Source: Acidimicrobiia bacterium (GTDB taxonomy: Bacteria; Actinomycetota; Acidimicrobiia; Spongiisociales; ZC4RG35). From it: DNA of 64,000 bases. Each line of letters begins with the position of its first letter. Positions within the stretch are counted from its first letter, which is position 1. Below are positions 8,822-18,064 of the stretch, in pieces. The position numbers and the translations under genes were made by a program. Where the stretch lies: assembly GCA_965215185.1 (NCBI GenBank), contig OZ244034.1, forward strand, positions 128,001 to 192,000, written 5' to 3'. The notes beneath the pieces are model-generated. The model saw only the letters and a list, made by a program, of their open reading frames with translations, did no database searches and was not told the origin of the DNA.

Positions 8822-9883
8822 TCACTCCTTGCTGTGGGGGACGATCACGGCCCGGCTCTCCAAGCTTCCATCCCGCAGCTTCTGGTATGCGAGGGGGGCT
8901 TGTTGCATCGGGAATCTCTGGATCTCGCTTCTGATTGCGCCGGATCCGGCCAGGGCCACCACCTCGGCCAGATCGGGGATCGTACCCCAGAATACGGTGG
9001 CGGCCGACAGGCCCCTCGGAACATGGATATACCCCATTGGAAAGGACCCCGGTCCGATTCCCACCACAGTGATGTGCCCCCGGATGGCGGCAACCGAAAC
9101 GGCCAAGGCCAGGCTGTCGTCGATCCCAACGATGTCAAGAATCAACTCCGCCCCCCGGCGGCCGGTGATTTCCAGGATTTGAGCGGAAGCGTCCTCTGTG
9201 GACAAAACCGTGTGATGAGCTCCGCTGCGGCGGGCGGCCTGCAGCCGGGAGGGGGAGATGTCAACCGCCACTACCTGGGTGTCCGACAACGCCCGGAGGA
9301 TCTGCACCGCCAACGATCCCAGCCCCCCGATCCCGATGACCACCGCGGTGGAACTCGGATGCAGCCGGCCAAGGTTCTGCTTGATGGCGTGATAGGTGGT
9401 CAACCCGGCGTCGGTGAGTGGAGCAGCTTCCACCGGATCGAGATCGGCGGGCAGGGGCACCAGGTGACGGGATTGGGGCACCAGGAAGAATTCGGCTATC
9501 CCGCCGTCTCGCCCCAGGCCGGGTCTGCCGGGGCCCGACGCCACCACCTGAGCGGCGTTTTCACAGTAATTCTCGGCCTGTGCCGCACACTGCCGGCAGG
9601 CGTTGCATCCCCAGGCGCCGTAGACCGCAACCGGCGTTCCCACGGGGAGCCCAGAGCCTCCCGGCCCGGACGACTCCACCCACCCGGTGATTTCGTGACC
9701 GACGGTGAAAGGAAGCTCATAGGAGGGCAAGCTCGATCGCGGCCAGTCACATAGATACAGATCAGAGTGGCATACCCCCGCTCCCGCCACCCGGATCAGC
9801 GTTTCTCCCGGGCCGGGACTGGGCACGGGCACCTCCAATAGTTCGAAGTCCTTCTCCCAGGTGGTGAACTGATACGCCAACAT
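8822..9883 (-). CDS. Zinc-dependent alcohol dehydrogenase
   Basis: GVCHSD, GHE, CNACRQC...C structural Zn site, PLTDAGLT and GIGGLG. Start trimmed to MLAYQF. Confidence 0.92.
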   Translation of the reverse strand: MLAYQFTTWEKDFELLEVPVPSPGPGETLIRVAGAGVCHSDLYLCDWPRSSLPSYELPFTVGHEITGWVESSGPGGSGLPVGTPVAVYGAWGCNACRQCAAQAENYCENAAQVVASGPGRPGLGRDGGIAEFFLVPQSRHLVPLPADLDPVEAAPLTDAGLTTYHAIKQNLGRLHPSSTAVVIGIGGLGSLAVQILRALSDTQVVAVDISPSRLQAARRSGAHHTVLSTEDASAQILEITGRRGAELILDIVGIDDSLALAVSVAAIRGHITVVGIGPGSFPMGYIHVPRGLSAATVFWGTIPDLAEVVALAGSGAIRSEIQRFPMQQAPLAYQKLRDGSLESRAVIVPHSKE

Positions 9884-9978
9884 CTTGATGCCTTTAGGAG
9901 GGTAACGGGCGCTCAACTTGCTATTTTGGAATCCTATCGCCTCATATAGGGCCTGTTAGCTGGAAGGAAGGAACCATT

Positions 9979-10470
9979 ATGCCGTCAGGCTTCCCCGATT
10001 GGACTCCACAAGGAGACACCGAAGAGACCCGTAGGCTGTTCATGCGATGGCTGGAGGGGCAGGAAGCGGATTTCCCCAACCCTCCGGATGACTCATGGAA
10101 GCAGAGACTGCTGGACCTTGTCGAGGAGTTCGTCCATCCCGACGTGGTGCTCCACAATGTGCCGGTGCGGCGCCCCGGGCGGGACGGCTGGGTCGAGTTT
10201 CTAATGGGGCTGGGAGAGGCCTATCCGGATTCCAACACGAATTACGACATCATTATGGTGGATGGTGACATGGCGGCCGCCCGCTGGCATTACACGGCCA
10301 CCCAGATGTCTTCGCACTTCGAGCATGAGGCGACTGGAAAGAAAGTCCGAGTGGACGGGGTGATGTTCGAGCGCTTCCGCGACGGCAAGATAGTTGAGCA
10401 TTGGGCGCTGATCGACCGCCTCAGCTGGCTGCAGCAACTGGGGTCGGTAGAGGAGTCGATTCGTCTTTGA
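9979..10470 (+). CDS. SnoaL-like ester cyclase / NTF2-fold protein (copy 1)
   Basis: HPDVVLH, EAYPD, DGDMAAARW, ATGKKV and RFRDGKIVEHW...D pattern. Confidence 0.85.
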   Translation: MPSGFPDWTPQGDTEETRRLFMRWLEGQEADFPNPPDDSWKQRLLDLVEEFVHPDVVLHNVPVRRPGRDGWVEFLMGLGEAYPDSNTNYDIIMVDGDMAAARWHYTATQMSSHFEHEATGKKVRVDGVMFERFRDGKIVEHWALIDRLSWLQQLGSVEESIRL

Positions 10471-10509
10471 ACCTCGACCTGAGACTGAGCCTTTAGAAAG
10501 GAGATCAAA

Positions 10510-11001
10510 ATGCCTGTTGTTCTACCAGAGGGGAATCCGGACGGGGACACGGAGGAGACCCGGCGGGTTTTCGTGGACTTTATGGTCGGGCAGGAGTCCG
10601 ACTTTCCCTACCCGCCTGATGACTCGTGGAAGGGCCGCATGCGGGCTCTGGTGGAAAAGTACGTCCATCCCGAGGTAGTGGTCCGCAACGTTCCGGTGCG
10701 CAGCCCCGGTCGGGATGGATACGCAGACTTTCTCATAGCCCTGGGAGAGGCCTATCCGGACGGGCAGACCACTTTCAACATGATCGTGGCGGACGGAGAC
10801 ACCGTTGCTTCCAAGTGGACCTTCAGGGCCACCCAGCAATTCGCCCACTTCGAGCACGGCGCCTCCGGTCAGAAGATCGAGGTGGACGGCATGTCGTTCG
10901 CCCGCATCCGGGACGGGAAACTGGCGGAGTACTACTCACTGGCCGACAAGCTGGCCTGGGCTAAACAATTGGGCATAGTGGACCCATCCGTGCAGCTCTA
11001 A
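10510..11001 (+). CDS. SnoaL-like ester cyclase / NTF2-fold protein (copy 2)
   Basis: Same length (163 aa) and motifs as copy 1. AAGGAG RBS. Confidence 0.85.
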   Translation: MPVVLPEGNPDGDTEETRRVFVDFMVGQESDFPYPPDDSWKGRMRALVEKYVHPEVVVRNVPVRSPGRDGYADFLIALGEAYPDGQTTFNMIVADGDTVASKWTFRATQQFAHFEHGASGQKIEVDGMSFARIRDGKLAEYYSLADKLAWAKQLGIVDPSVQL

Positions 11002-11044
11002 ACCTCTTGGTCTGAACTCCGCTCCGGTCCCGATACCGAATGGG

Positions 11045-12118
11045 TCAGGTGGCTAAGGGGCGGTAGTCGATGTCATAGCCAAAGGCCCGGGGCCCCACCA
11101 CCTCCAGGGCCCTGGAGGTCTTGAGGAGGTCGGGACACGGGATCACCAGGACATCAGTCCGCAGCCCGTATCGGACCAACTCGGTGGTGATCGGCTCGCC
11201 CTCGTCGCTGGTCACCAAGGTGATGAGATCGGGGACTGTCACGGGCACCCGTTCACCCTCGCGAATCACCAGGTTCTCGTTCTGGAAGTCGATCTCCACG
11301 CGGCGTCCTGCGTCGTCGTCCGACCCGTCGATCACCAGGCGTCCCTTCGCGAAGCCTCGCGTGGCGCGCCGTTCGACGTCGACTACCTTGCCTCGGATGT
11401 ACCGGCGCCCACCTGTCTGGCGCACAATGGCATCGCCCGGATCCTCGTGAAGTTTGCGGGCGGCTAGGACTGCTCTGCCTATGCGGATGGCGAGCGACAG
11501 CGTGTTGGGGATGATGAATTTGCGGCAGAAAGCCCCGTCCATCACCGCGGTGGCCAGGCCGGCGTGACCCCCCATGTCGATGGTGACCGACCGAAGAATT
11601 CTCTCGAGCCAATGGGCGTCGAGGATCCGGTCCACCACGATTCGGTTGCCCCGCTCGTCAGCCAGAGCGGCAGGGAACGGCGATCCCCCGTAGATAAGGT
11701 AGGTGATCATCTGCAGCTCGGGGAATGCCCTTCCCATACCGTCACCGTCTACAACAGGAATGCCGAGGCGGGCTCCGACGACCAGCGGCACCATCGAGTT
11801 ACCTCCGCCCATCTCGAATGGGGCGATGGCGGTGAATCGGCGGCCCAGGTAGCGCTCCAACGCCTGGACGGCGTCGGTCTCCTCGTTTCCTCCCGCCACC
11901 TTCTCGTATGCAACCACGGGAGAACCCATACCGCCTGCGACCACTAGAAGATCGTCGTCGGCTATCTCCGTCGGGTCGATGATTTCAATCTTCTTACCGG
12001 CGCGCAGCTCTGCACGGGCTCTCAGCCGTCCCAGGTAGGGGTTTCCGCCTCCGCCGGTACCGAGGATGGCCGCCCCGATCGCCGCAGGAGTGAGATCTTT
12101 CTCGGTTATCTCCCACAT
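11045..12118 (-). CDS. DUF917 family protein (thiohydantoin desulfurase-like)
   Basis: GAAILGTGGGGNP, MGSP, EMGGGNS, DGDGMGRAFPELQM, FQNENL, VPDLI and TTELVRYG motifs characteristic of DUF917. Confidence 0.9.
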   Translation of the reverse strand: MWEITEKDLTPAAIGAAILGTGGGGNPYLGRLRARAELRAGKKIEIIDPTEIADDDLLVVAGGMGSPVVAYEKVAGGNEETDAVQALERYLGRRFTAIAPFEMGGGNSMVPLVVGARLGIPVVDGDGMGRAFPELQMITYLIYGGSPFPAALADERGNRIVVDRILDAHWLERILRSVTIDMGGHAGLATAVMDGAFCRKFIIPNTLSLAIRIGRAVLAARKLHEDPGDAIVRQTGGRRYIRGKVVDVERRATRGFAKGRLVIDGSDDDAGRRVEIDFQNENLVIREGERVPVTVPDLITLVTSDEGEPITTELVRYGLRTDVLVIPCPDLLKTSRALEVVGPRAFGYDIDYRPLAT

Positions 12119-12186
12119 CTGTATCTGTTCCGCTTTACGAACCCCAACTCGAGCCTGTCAGTTTACGAGAGGGATCGATTCACCCA

Positions 12187-12498
12187 TCAGAAAGGACGTG
12201 GTTGGGGTGTCAGCATCCTGACGTCTACGTCGGCAATGTAATCCATGGGATCAAATGACAGGTCGTCCCACCGAGGATCGGCGTCATATCGTTCTTCGGC
12301 CTCTGCGAATGTCAAATCGCCTTCGTAGTGAACGATCCAAACGTACTGACATGTCTCCTCCACCAACCAGGGACCCTCGAGCCGGAACCCGTGATCCAAC
12401 CGGATTGGCACAATTTCCTGGTTCACCTTCGTGGCGAACTCTTGCCACGTGTCGGGATGGAGGCCGTAGATACGGAGCTGGGCGACCATTTCCGTCAT
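12187..12498 (-). CDS. NIPSNAP family protein
   Basis: QLRIYGLHP...P.RLDHGF....W......YVWI pattern. The real start lies in the 3' part of the 13047 ORF. Confidence 0.75.
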   Translation of the reverse strand: MTEMVAQLRIYGLHPDTWQEFATKVNQEIVPIRLDHGFRLEGPWLVEETCQYVWIVHYEGDLTFAEAEERYDADPRWDDLSFDPMDYIADVDVRMLTPQPRPF

Positions 12499-12606
12499 CC
12501 TAGCAGGCGTATTGACGGGGCCTGGTTGTTGCGCCGTCCATGCGGCGGGAGCCGCGTACCCACCTTTGGGTAGACTACGGTAACCGGAAATCTGAGGTGA
12601 TAATCG

Positions 12607-13467
12607 ATGCAATTCCTGGCGCCGAACACGGTAGAAGAGGCGCTTGTGATGCTGTCGGAACGAGGAGATGGTCTCCGAGTGCTGGCCGGTGGAACGGACG
12701 TGATGATTCAACGCATGACCGGCCAACTGCCTCGTTCCGAATCGCTGCTGTACATCGGGGGGATTGCCGAACTGCAAGGTGTGGATTGTTCGAATGGAAA
12801 TATCCGGATCGGCGCCCTGACCACCCACCGAGACCTGCGGTGTGATCCGATCATCACCACCAATCTGCCTTCGTTTGCCGAAGCCGCCGCTACGGTCGGC
12901 GGATGGCAGACCCAGGTCGTCGGCACTGTGGGAGGTAATCTCTGCAACGCCTCGCCGGCCGCTGATCTGGCGCCCCCGATCCTGGCGGCTGATGCCACCA
13001 TGGTGGTGTCCGGGGTGGATGGTCCTACTCGGATACCGGCCGACCACTTCTTTGTGGGTAGACGCCGCACCGCCCTCCCTCCGGGACAGATTCTGTTGGG
13101 GATCGAAGTGCCGGCGCCCCCGGCGGACACCTGGGAGTCCTATCTCAAGGTGGGACGCCGAAGCGCTATGGAGGTTGCCTTGGTGGGCTTGGCGGTCCGT
13201 TTCAGTGTTGTCGGCAACCGGATAGAGACAGCCCGATTAGGTGTCTGTTCGGTGGCGGTAACACCGCAGAGGATGCATCATGCCGAATCAGCGTTGGTGG
13301 GTTCTACTCTCGACGAGGGCGCGGTGGCGGTGGCGGTGCGACGGTCGATGGAGGAGGTCCATCCGATCGACGACCAGCGGGCCACCGCTACTTATCGTCG
13401 GATGCTGGTCGGGCGTCTCATCCGAAAAGCCGCCCGCGTTGCGCGTAAGAGGCTGGGGATCGAATGA
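12607..13467 (+). CDS. Molybdenum hydroxylase FAD-binding (medium) subunit
   Basis: LAGGTD, GTVGGNLCNASPAAD and PIDDQRATATYR motifs. Confidence 0.92.
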   Translation: MQFLAPNTVEEALVMLSERGDGLRVLAGGTDVMIQRMTGQLPRSESLLYIGGIAELQGVDCSNGNIRIGALTTHRDLRCDPIITTNLPSFAEAAATVGGWQTQVVGTVGGNLCNASPAADLAPPILAADATMVVSGVDGPTRIPADHFFVGRRRTALPPGQILLGIEVPAPPADTWESYLKVGRRSAMEVALVGLAVRFSVVGNRIETARLGVCSVAVTPQRMHHAESALVGSTLDEGAVAVAVRRSMEEVHPIDDQRATATYRRMLVGRLIRKAARVARKRLGIE

Positions 13468-13937
13468 CGCAGACGCTCACTTTCAAGGTCAACGGGATGC
13501 TGCGAACAGTGGAGGCCCATGGGGACGAAGTCCTCCTCGACACGCTTCGGGACCGCCTCTATCTGACAGGTACCAAGCGGGGGTGTGACGAGGGCGAGTG
13601 CGGGGCCTGTACGGTGGTTGTCGACCGGGCGCCTGTTCATTCCTGCATCTTCCCGGCGCTGGCGGCGGCGGGCACCGACGTCAGAACCGTGGAAGGCCTG
13701 GCCGGACGGGACGGAGAACTTAGCACCCTCCAGAAGGCCTTTGTCGACCGGGCGGCGGTTCAATGCGGCTTTTGCACCCCGGGTTTCCTGATGACCCTGA
13801 CCGCGCTGCTCGAGAGCAATGCGCCTACCTCTGACAGCGACATCGATGAAGCCATAGTGGGCAACATCTGCCGCTGCACCGGATACAGCGCGATTCGGGC
13901 CGCGGTCCGGTCTGTAGTGAGGGAGGGCGGGAGTTGA
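13464..13937 (+). CDS. Molybdenum hydroxylase [2Fe-2S] (small) subunit
   Basis: GCDEGECGACTV, QCGFCTPG and NICRCTGY. Confidence 0.95.
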   Translation: MTQTLTFKVNGMLRTVEAHGDEVLLDTLRDRLYLTGTKRGCDEGECGACTVVVDRAPVHSCIFPALAAAGTDVRTVEGLAGRDGELSTLQKAFVDRAAVQCGFCTPGFLMTLTALLESNAPTSDSDIDEAIVGNICRCTGYSAIRAAVRSVVREGGS

Positions 13938-16219
13938 CGGCTATAGGTCTGAGCACGCCGCGGTCAGATGCCGACGCCAAAGTGCGAGGGCTGGCCGTTT
14001 ACGGTGTTGACTACCGGGAGGTCGGGATGCTCCATGCCCGATTGCTGCGTTCCCCGGTTGCCGCCGGCAGAATCATCCGTCTGGACGTGACGGAGGCGCG
14101 CTCGAGCCCCGGAGTCCACGCGGTGGTGACCGCCGCCGAGGCGCCCCAACACCGCAATGGCCTGGTGCTACTGGACACGCCCTTTTTTCCAGGTGACACG
14201 GTGTTGTACGAAGGGGAACCCATTGCCATGGTGGTGGCCGACACGCCCCGGCAAGCCCAGTTGGCGGTGGAGACCATCGGACTCGATATAGAAGAGGTGG
14301 AACCGGTTTGCAACGTGGCGGAGGCGCTTCAGCCCGGCGCCAGGTTGTTGCATCCCGACCTGGATTCCTACGGCGCCATTCCCGGGGTCGGGCCCTGGCC
14401 GAAGGGGGGTAACTGTGGGGGGGTTTTGACCTCCGATCCCGGGGGGGTGGACGAAGCATTCGAACTAGCCGACATCATCGTGGAGGACTTTTACACGGTT
14501 CCTCGTCAGTACCAGGCGTATCTCGAGCCCAAGTCGGCTACTGCCTCCTATGACGGCTGGCGCTGGACCGTGCACGTGTCCCATCAATTCCCCTTCAACG
14601 CGCGTAGCAGGGTGGCGCAGGCGCTGGGAGTACCCCCCTCTCGGATCCGGGTGGTAGGACATCACATCGGAGGCGGGTTCGGGGCGCGTCTCGACCTCGG
14701 GCTCGAGCAGTATGCGGCCATCGGCGCTTCCCTCACCGGCCGTACCGTCCAACTGGTCAATGATCGGGTGGAAGACCTTATCTCCTGTATGTCCCGGGAA
14801 AACGCCACCATCAGGGTCCGCTCCGGGGTGACGAAACAAGGGCGGATCGTTGCCCGGGAGTTCCAATGTCTGATGGATGCCGGCGCCTACCAGGGCGATA
14901 CGGCTTATCTGACCAGCATCGCCCTTCTCATGGTGGGTTCGGTGTATCGGGTGGGACCCACCCGGGTGACTGCCAAGAGCGTGTACACCAACACGGCGCC
15001 GTCCGGGGCTTTCCGGGGTGTCAGCGGGACCTATATCTGTTTCGCCTTGGAGCGGCACACCGACCGCTTGGCGCAGGCGATCGGCATGGACCGGCGGGAG
15101 TTCCGGATGCGCAACCTCTTTGAGTCCGGCGACTCAATGCTCAACGGACAGACTCTGGACGACGCCGATATCTTGCGGGAAGCGTTCGACCGGGTCGAGG
15201 AGATCGCCCCTTGGACCGAGACCGGGAAGGGTCCCCTTAAAGGGGTGGGTTTGGCCGCGGTCATCTGGCTCACCAACCCCCTGGCCGGTTCGGCGACTGT
15301 GAGCATCCAAGAGGACGGCGCTCTGGGCGTCTCGACCGCCGCCACCGAAAACGGCAGCGGGGCGGTAACGATGGGAGTACGCCAGATCGCCGCCGCTGAG
15401 TTCGGTCTCGGCGCCGAGCAGGTGTTCGTGACTTCTCCGGACACTGACACACAGGCTTTTGACGCCGGATCCCAGGGGAGCAGAACCACCCATGTGGTGG
15501 GAATGGCCATTAAGGCAGCCGCCAAGCAGCTGAAACCACGCCTGTTCAACATCGCATCGGGCCTGCTTCACGCGCTCCCGGACGACCTGGAACTGGGCGG
15601 AGGCAATGTATGCGTGCGCGACGACCCGTCCCGAGCTGTTTCTCTGGGAGAGGTTGCCCGCACGGCTCTGGGCGTCGGCGGGCCTCTCAGCGCTACCGGG
15701 ACCTACAATGTCCCCCTCCCCAAATGGGATCCGGATTCGGCGCAAGGTCTGTTGTTTCCCGTCTTCCCGGTCCCCACCTATCACGTCCATCTCGCCGAAG
15801 TGGAGGTTGACCCCGACGATGGTTCGGTCCGGGTCACCCGATATGTCGTAGCTCAGGAGGTGGGGCGGATGATCAATCCGGATGGCGTCTATGGCCAAAT
15901 CCAGGGAGGAGTCGCCCAGGGGATGGGATATGCCCTCTGGGAAGGTTTGGAAAGCCAGAACGGTCGTTACACCCGCCGCACCTTGGAATCGTACGGGTTG
16001 CCGTTGGCTGTGGACATACCCGACGTGGAGATCATGGTTCTCGAACATCCGTGCGAGGCGGGTCCTTACGGAGCGAAAGGGGCTGCCGAGCCGCCCATAG
16101 TGCCCGTGGCGGCGGCGATCGCCAATGCCGTGTCGGACGCTACCGGCGCCAACATCACCAGGCTCCCGATAGATCCGGAGGAGTTGTTGTTGGCTATGGA
16201 CAATCGGCGGGAAGGTTGA
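13934..16219 (+). CDS. Xanthine dehydrogenase-family molybdopterin (large) subunit
   Basis: QAYLEP, IGGGFG, GAFRG, GSRTT, GQIQGGVAQGMG and GAKGAAEPP. Confidence 0.93.
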   Translation: MTAIGLSTPRSDADAKVRGLAVYGVDYREVGMLHARLLRSPVAAGRIIRLDVTEARSSPGVHAVVTAAEAPQHRNGLVLLDTPFFPGDTVLYEGEPIAMVVADTPRQAQLAVETIGLDIEEVEPVCNVAEALQPGARLLHPDLDSYGAIPGVGPWPKGGNCGGVLTSDPGGVDEAFELADIIVEDFYTVPRQYQAYLEPKSATASYDGWRWTVHVSHQFPFNARSRVAQALGVPPSRIRVVGHHIGGGFGARLDLGLEQYAAIGASLTGRTVQLVNDRVEDLISCMSRENATIRVRSGVTKQGRIVAREFQCLMDAGAYQGDTAYLTSIALLMVGSVYRVGPTRVTAKSVYTNTAPSGAFRGVSGTYICFALERHTDRLAQAIGMDRREFRMRNLFESGDSMLNGQTLDDADILREAFDRVEEIAPWTETGKGPLKGVGLAAVIWLTNPLAGSATVSIQEDGALGVSTAATENGSGAVTMGVRQIAAAEFGLGAEQVFVTSPDTDTQAFDAGSQGSRTTHVVGMAIKAAAKQLKPRLFNIASGLLHALPDDLELGGGNVCVRDDPSRAVSLGEVARTALGVGGPLSATGTYNVPLPKWDPDSAQGLLFPVFPVPTYHVHLAEVEVDPDDGSVRVTRYVVAQEVGRMINPDGVYGQIQGGVAQGMGYALWEGLESQNGRYTRRTLESYGLPLAVDIPDVEIMVLEHPCEAGPYGAKGAAEPPIVPVAAAIANAVSDATGANITRLPIDPEELLLAMDNRREG

Positions 16220-17772
16220 TTTTGCGCCTCGGCATCGATGTCGGAGGCACCAATACCGATGCGGTCCTGATGAAAGGTCGGCAGGTTGTGTCGGCCTGCA
16301 AGACTCCGACCACCCCCAATGTCTCATCGGGCATAGGTGCCGCCCTTGGGCAGATTCTCGCCGCCTCGTTGGTCGATCCCCGAGAGATTGCCGCAGTGAT
16401 GATCGGCACCACCCACTTCACCAATGCGGTTGTGGAGGCCCGGCAGTTGGCGGCCACTGCTGTGGTTCGCCTCGGGGCGCCGGCGACTCTTTCCATTCCT
16501 CCCATGACTGACTGGCCGGACCGTCTGCGCCAGGCTTTGGGTAGTCACACCTATGTGTGCCGCGGGGGCCACGAATTCGATGGACGGGAGATATCCGCCC
16601 TTGACCCCGATGAACTCAGACGCGTCGCGGTTGAGATCGGCGAAGCCGGTGTCACTTCGGTGGCCTTGACCTCGGTGTTCTCGCCGGTCAACGCCGAGAT
16701 GGAGACTGCGGCCGCCGCCATCTTCGCCGAGGAGCTTTCCGGGGTGACGGTCTCCCTTTCGAGGGAAATAGGACGGGTGGGTCTTCTCGAGAGAGAAAAT
16801 GCCACCATCCTCAATGCCTCCCTGGCTCCCCTCGCAGACCGTGTGTTCGACGGCTTCGAGGAAGTGGTGGCCCAAGCCGGGGTGTGCGCCCCTCTGTTCA
16901 TTTCGCAGAACGATGGGACGCTGTTGGGCCTCGACTATGCCCGCCGCTATCCGGTCGCCACGTTCGCGTCGGGCCCTACCAACTCGATGCGGGGCGCTGC
17001 CTTCCTGAGCGGTGTTTTGGACGGCGTCGTGATAGATGTGGGTGGGACGACGACCGACGTAGGAATTCTGGTAGGGGGTTTTCCCAGAGAGGCGTCGGTT
17101 GGGGTGCAGGTTGGTGGGGTAAAAACCAACTTTCGAATGCCCGACGTGCTGTCGCTGGGCATCGGCGGCGGTTCACTAGTCAGCTCTGACGGGAACGAGG
17201 TTACGGTCGGTCCGGAAAGTGTCGGTTATCGGCTCGACGAACGAGCGCTGGTTTTCGGTGGATCAGAACTCACCGCTACCGACATCGCGGTAGCTGGAGG
17301 TTTGGCGTCTATTGGGGATCGGTCTGCCGTCAACCAACTGGATCGAGGTGTGGTAAGGCTGGCGCTGGATCGGATCCGCCACGAGATTGCGCGAACGGTC
17401 GACCGACTGAAGACGAGCGCCGACCCGGTTATGGCCATCGTGGTGGGTGGGGGATCCATCCTGTTGGAGGACGGTCTTCCGGGTGTTAGGGAGATGATCC
17501 GACCGGCCCACTTTGCGGTTGCCAACGCCATCGGGGCGGCGATCGCTCAGGTCGGGGGAGAGGTGGACCGGATCTACTCTCTTGACGACCTCCACCGAGA
17601 GGAAGCCTTGGAATCCGCTCGCTCCGAAGCGGTGGATAGGGCGATTGTCGCAGGCGCCAACCCTGCCACGGTGGAGGTGGTGGATATCGAGGAGGTGCCA
17701 CTCGCCTATCTTCCTTCCAATGCGGTACGGATCAGGATGAAGGCCGTTGGAGATCTGGCATTGTCAGTCTGA
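16216..17772 (+). CDS. Hydantoinase/oxoprolinase family protein (HyuA-like, DUF917-partner type)
   Basis: GIDVGGTNTD, IGTTHFTNA, LLERENATILNA, SGPTNSMRGA, DVGGTTTD and VANAIGAA. TTG start overlaps the upstream stop. Confidence 0.9.
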   Translation: MILRLGIDVGGTNTDAVLMKGRQVVSACKTPTTPNVSSGIGAALGQILAASLVDPREIAAVMIGTTHFTNAVVEARQLAATAVVRLGAPATLSIPPMTDWPDRLRQALGSHTYVCRGGHEFDGREISALDPDELRRVAVEIGEAGVTSVALTSVFSPVNAEMETAAAAIFAEELSGVTVSLSREIGRVGLLERENATILNASLAPLADRVFDGFEEVVAQAGVCAPLFISQNDGTLLGLDYARRYPVATFASGPTNSMRGAAFLSGVLDGVVIDVGGTTTDVGILVGGFPREASVGVQVGGVKTNFRMPDVLSLGIGGGSLVSSDGNEVTVGPESVGYRLDERALVFGGSELTATDIAVAGGLASIGDRSAVNQLDRGVVRLALDRIRHEIARTVDRLKTSADPVMAIVVGGGSILLEDGLPGVREMIRPAHFAVANAIGAAIAQVGGEVDRIYSLDDLHREEALESARSEAVDRAIVAGANPATVEVVDIEEVPLAYLPSNAVRIRMKAVGDLALSV

Positions 17773-18064
17773 TTTCGCATTAGTGGGTGCTCGGACGCCT
17801 CCCCCGGGGGCTACACCATCGGCGACTTCATATCGACCATAGGATTGCCCAGACTCTTGGTCGAGGGGGCGTCTGTCCTAACCGCAGAGATCTCTGGCCC
17901 GTCGAAGAAACCCACCCTCAGCCGCGCCATGGCCGATCCGGGGGTAGCCTAAATGGGATTCGCATGACGCCACAGCAGATCCTCTTATACCTTGATGGGT
18001 CACCTGATTCGAGCGTCGCCTGCGCTCATACAAGTTAAGTAGAAAACAAATCAAGGAGGTTTTC

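Noticed and set aside
9979-11001. Polyketide biosynthetic cluster
   Set aside because: No ketosynthase, ACP or NRPS genes are present in the window.
12607-16219. 4-hydroxybenzoyl-CoA reductase call
   Set aside because: The FAD subunit shows no Cys-rich 4Fe-4S insertion and no benzoyl-CoA pathway genes are nearby.
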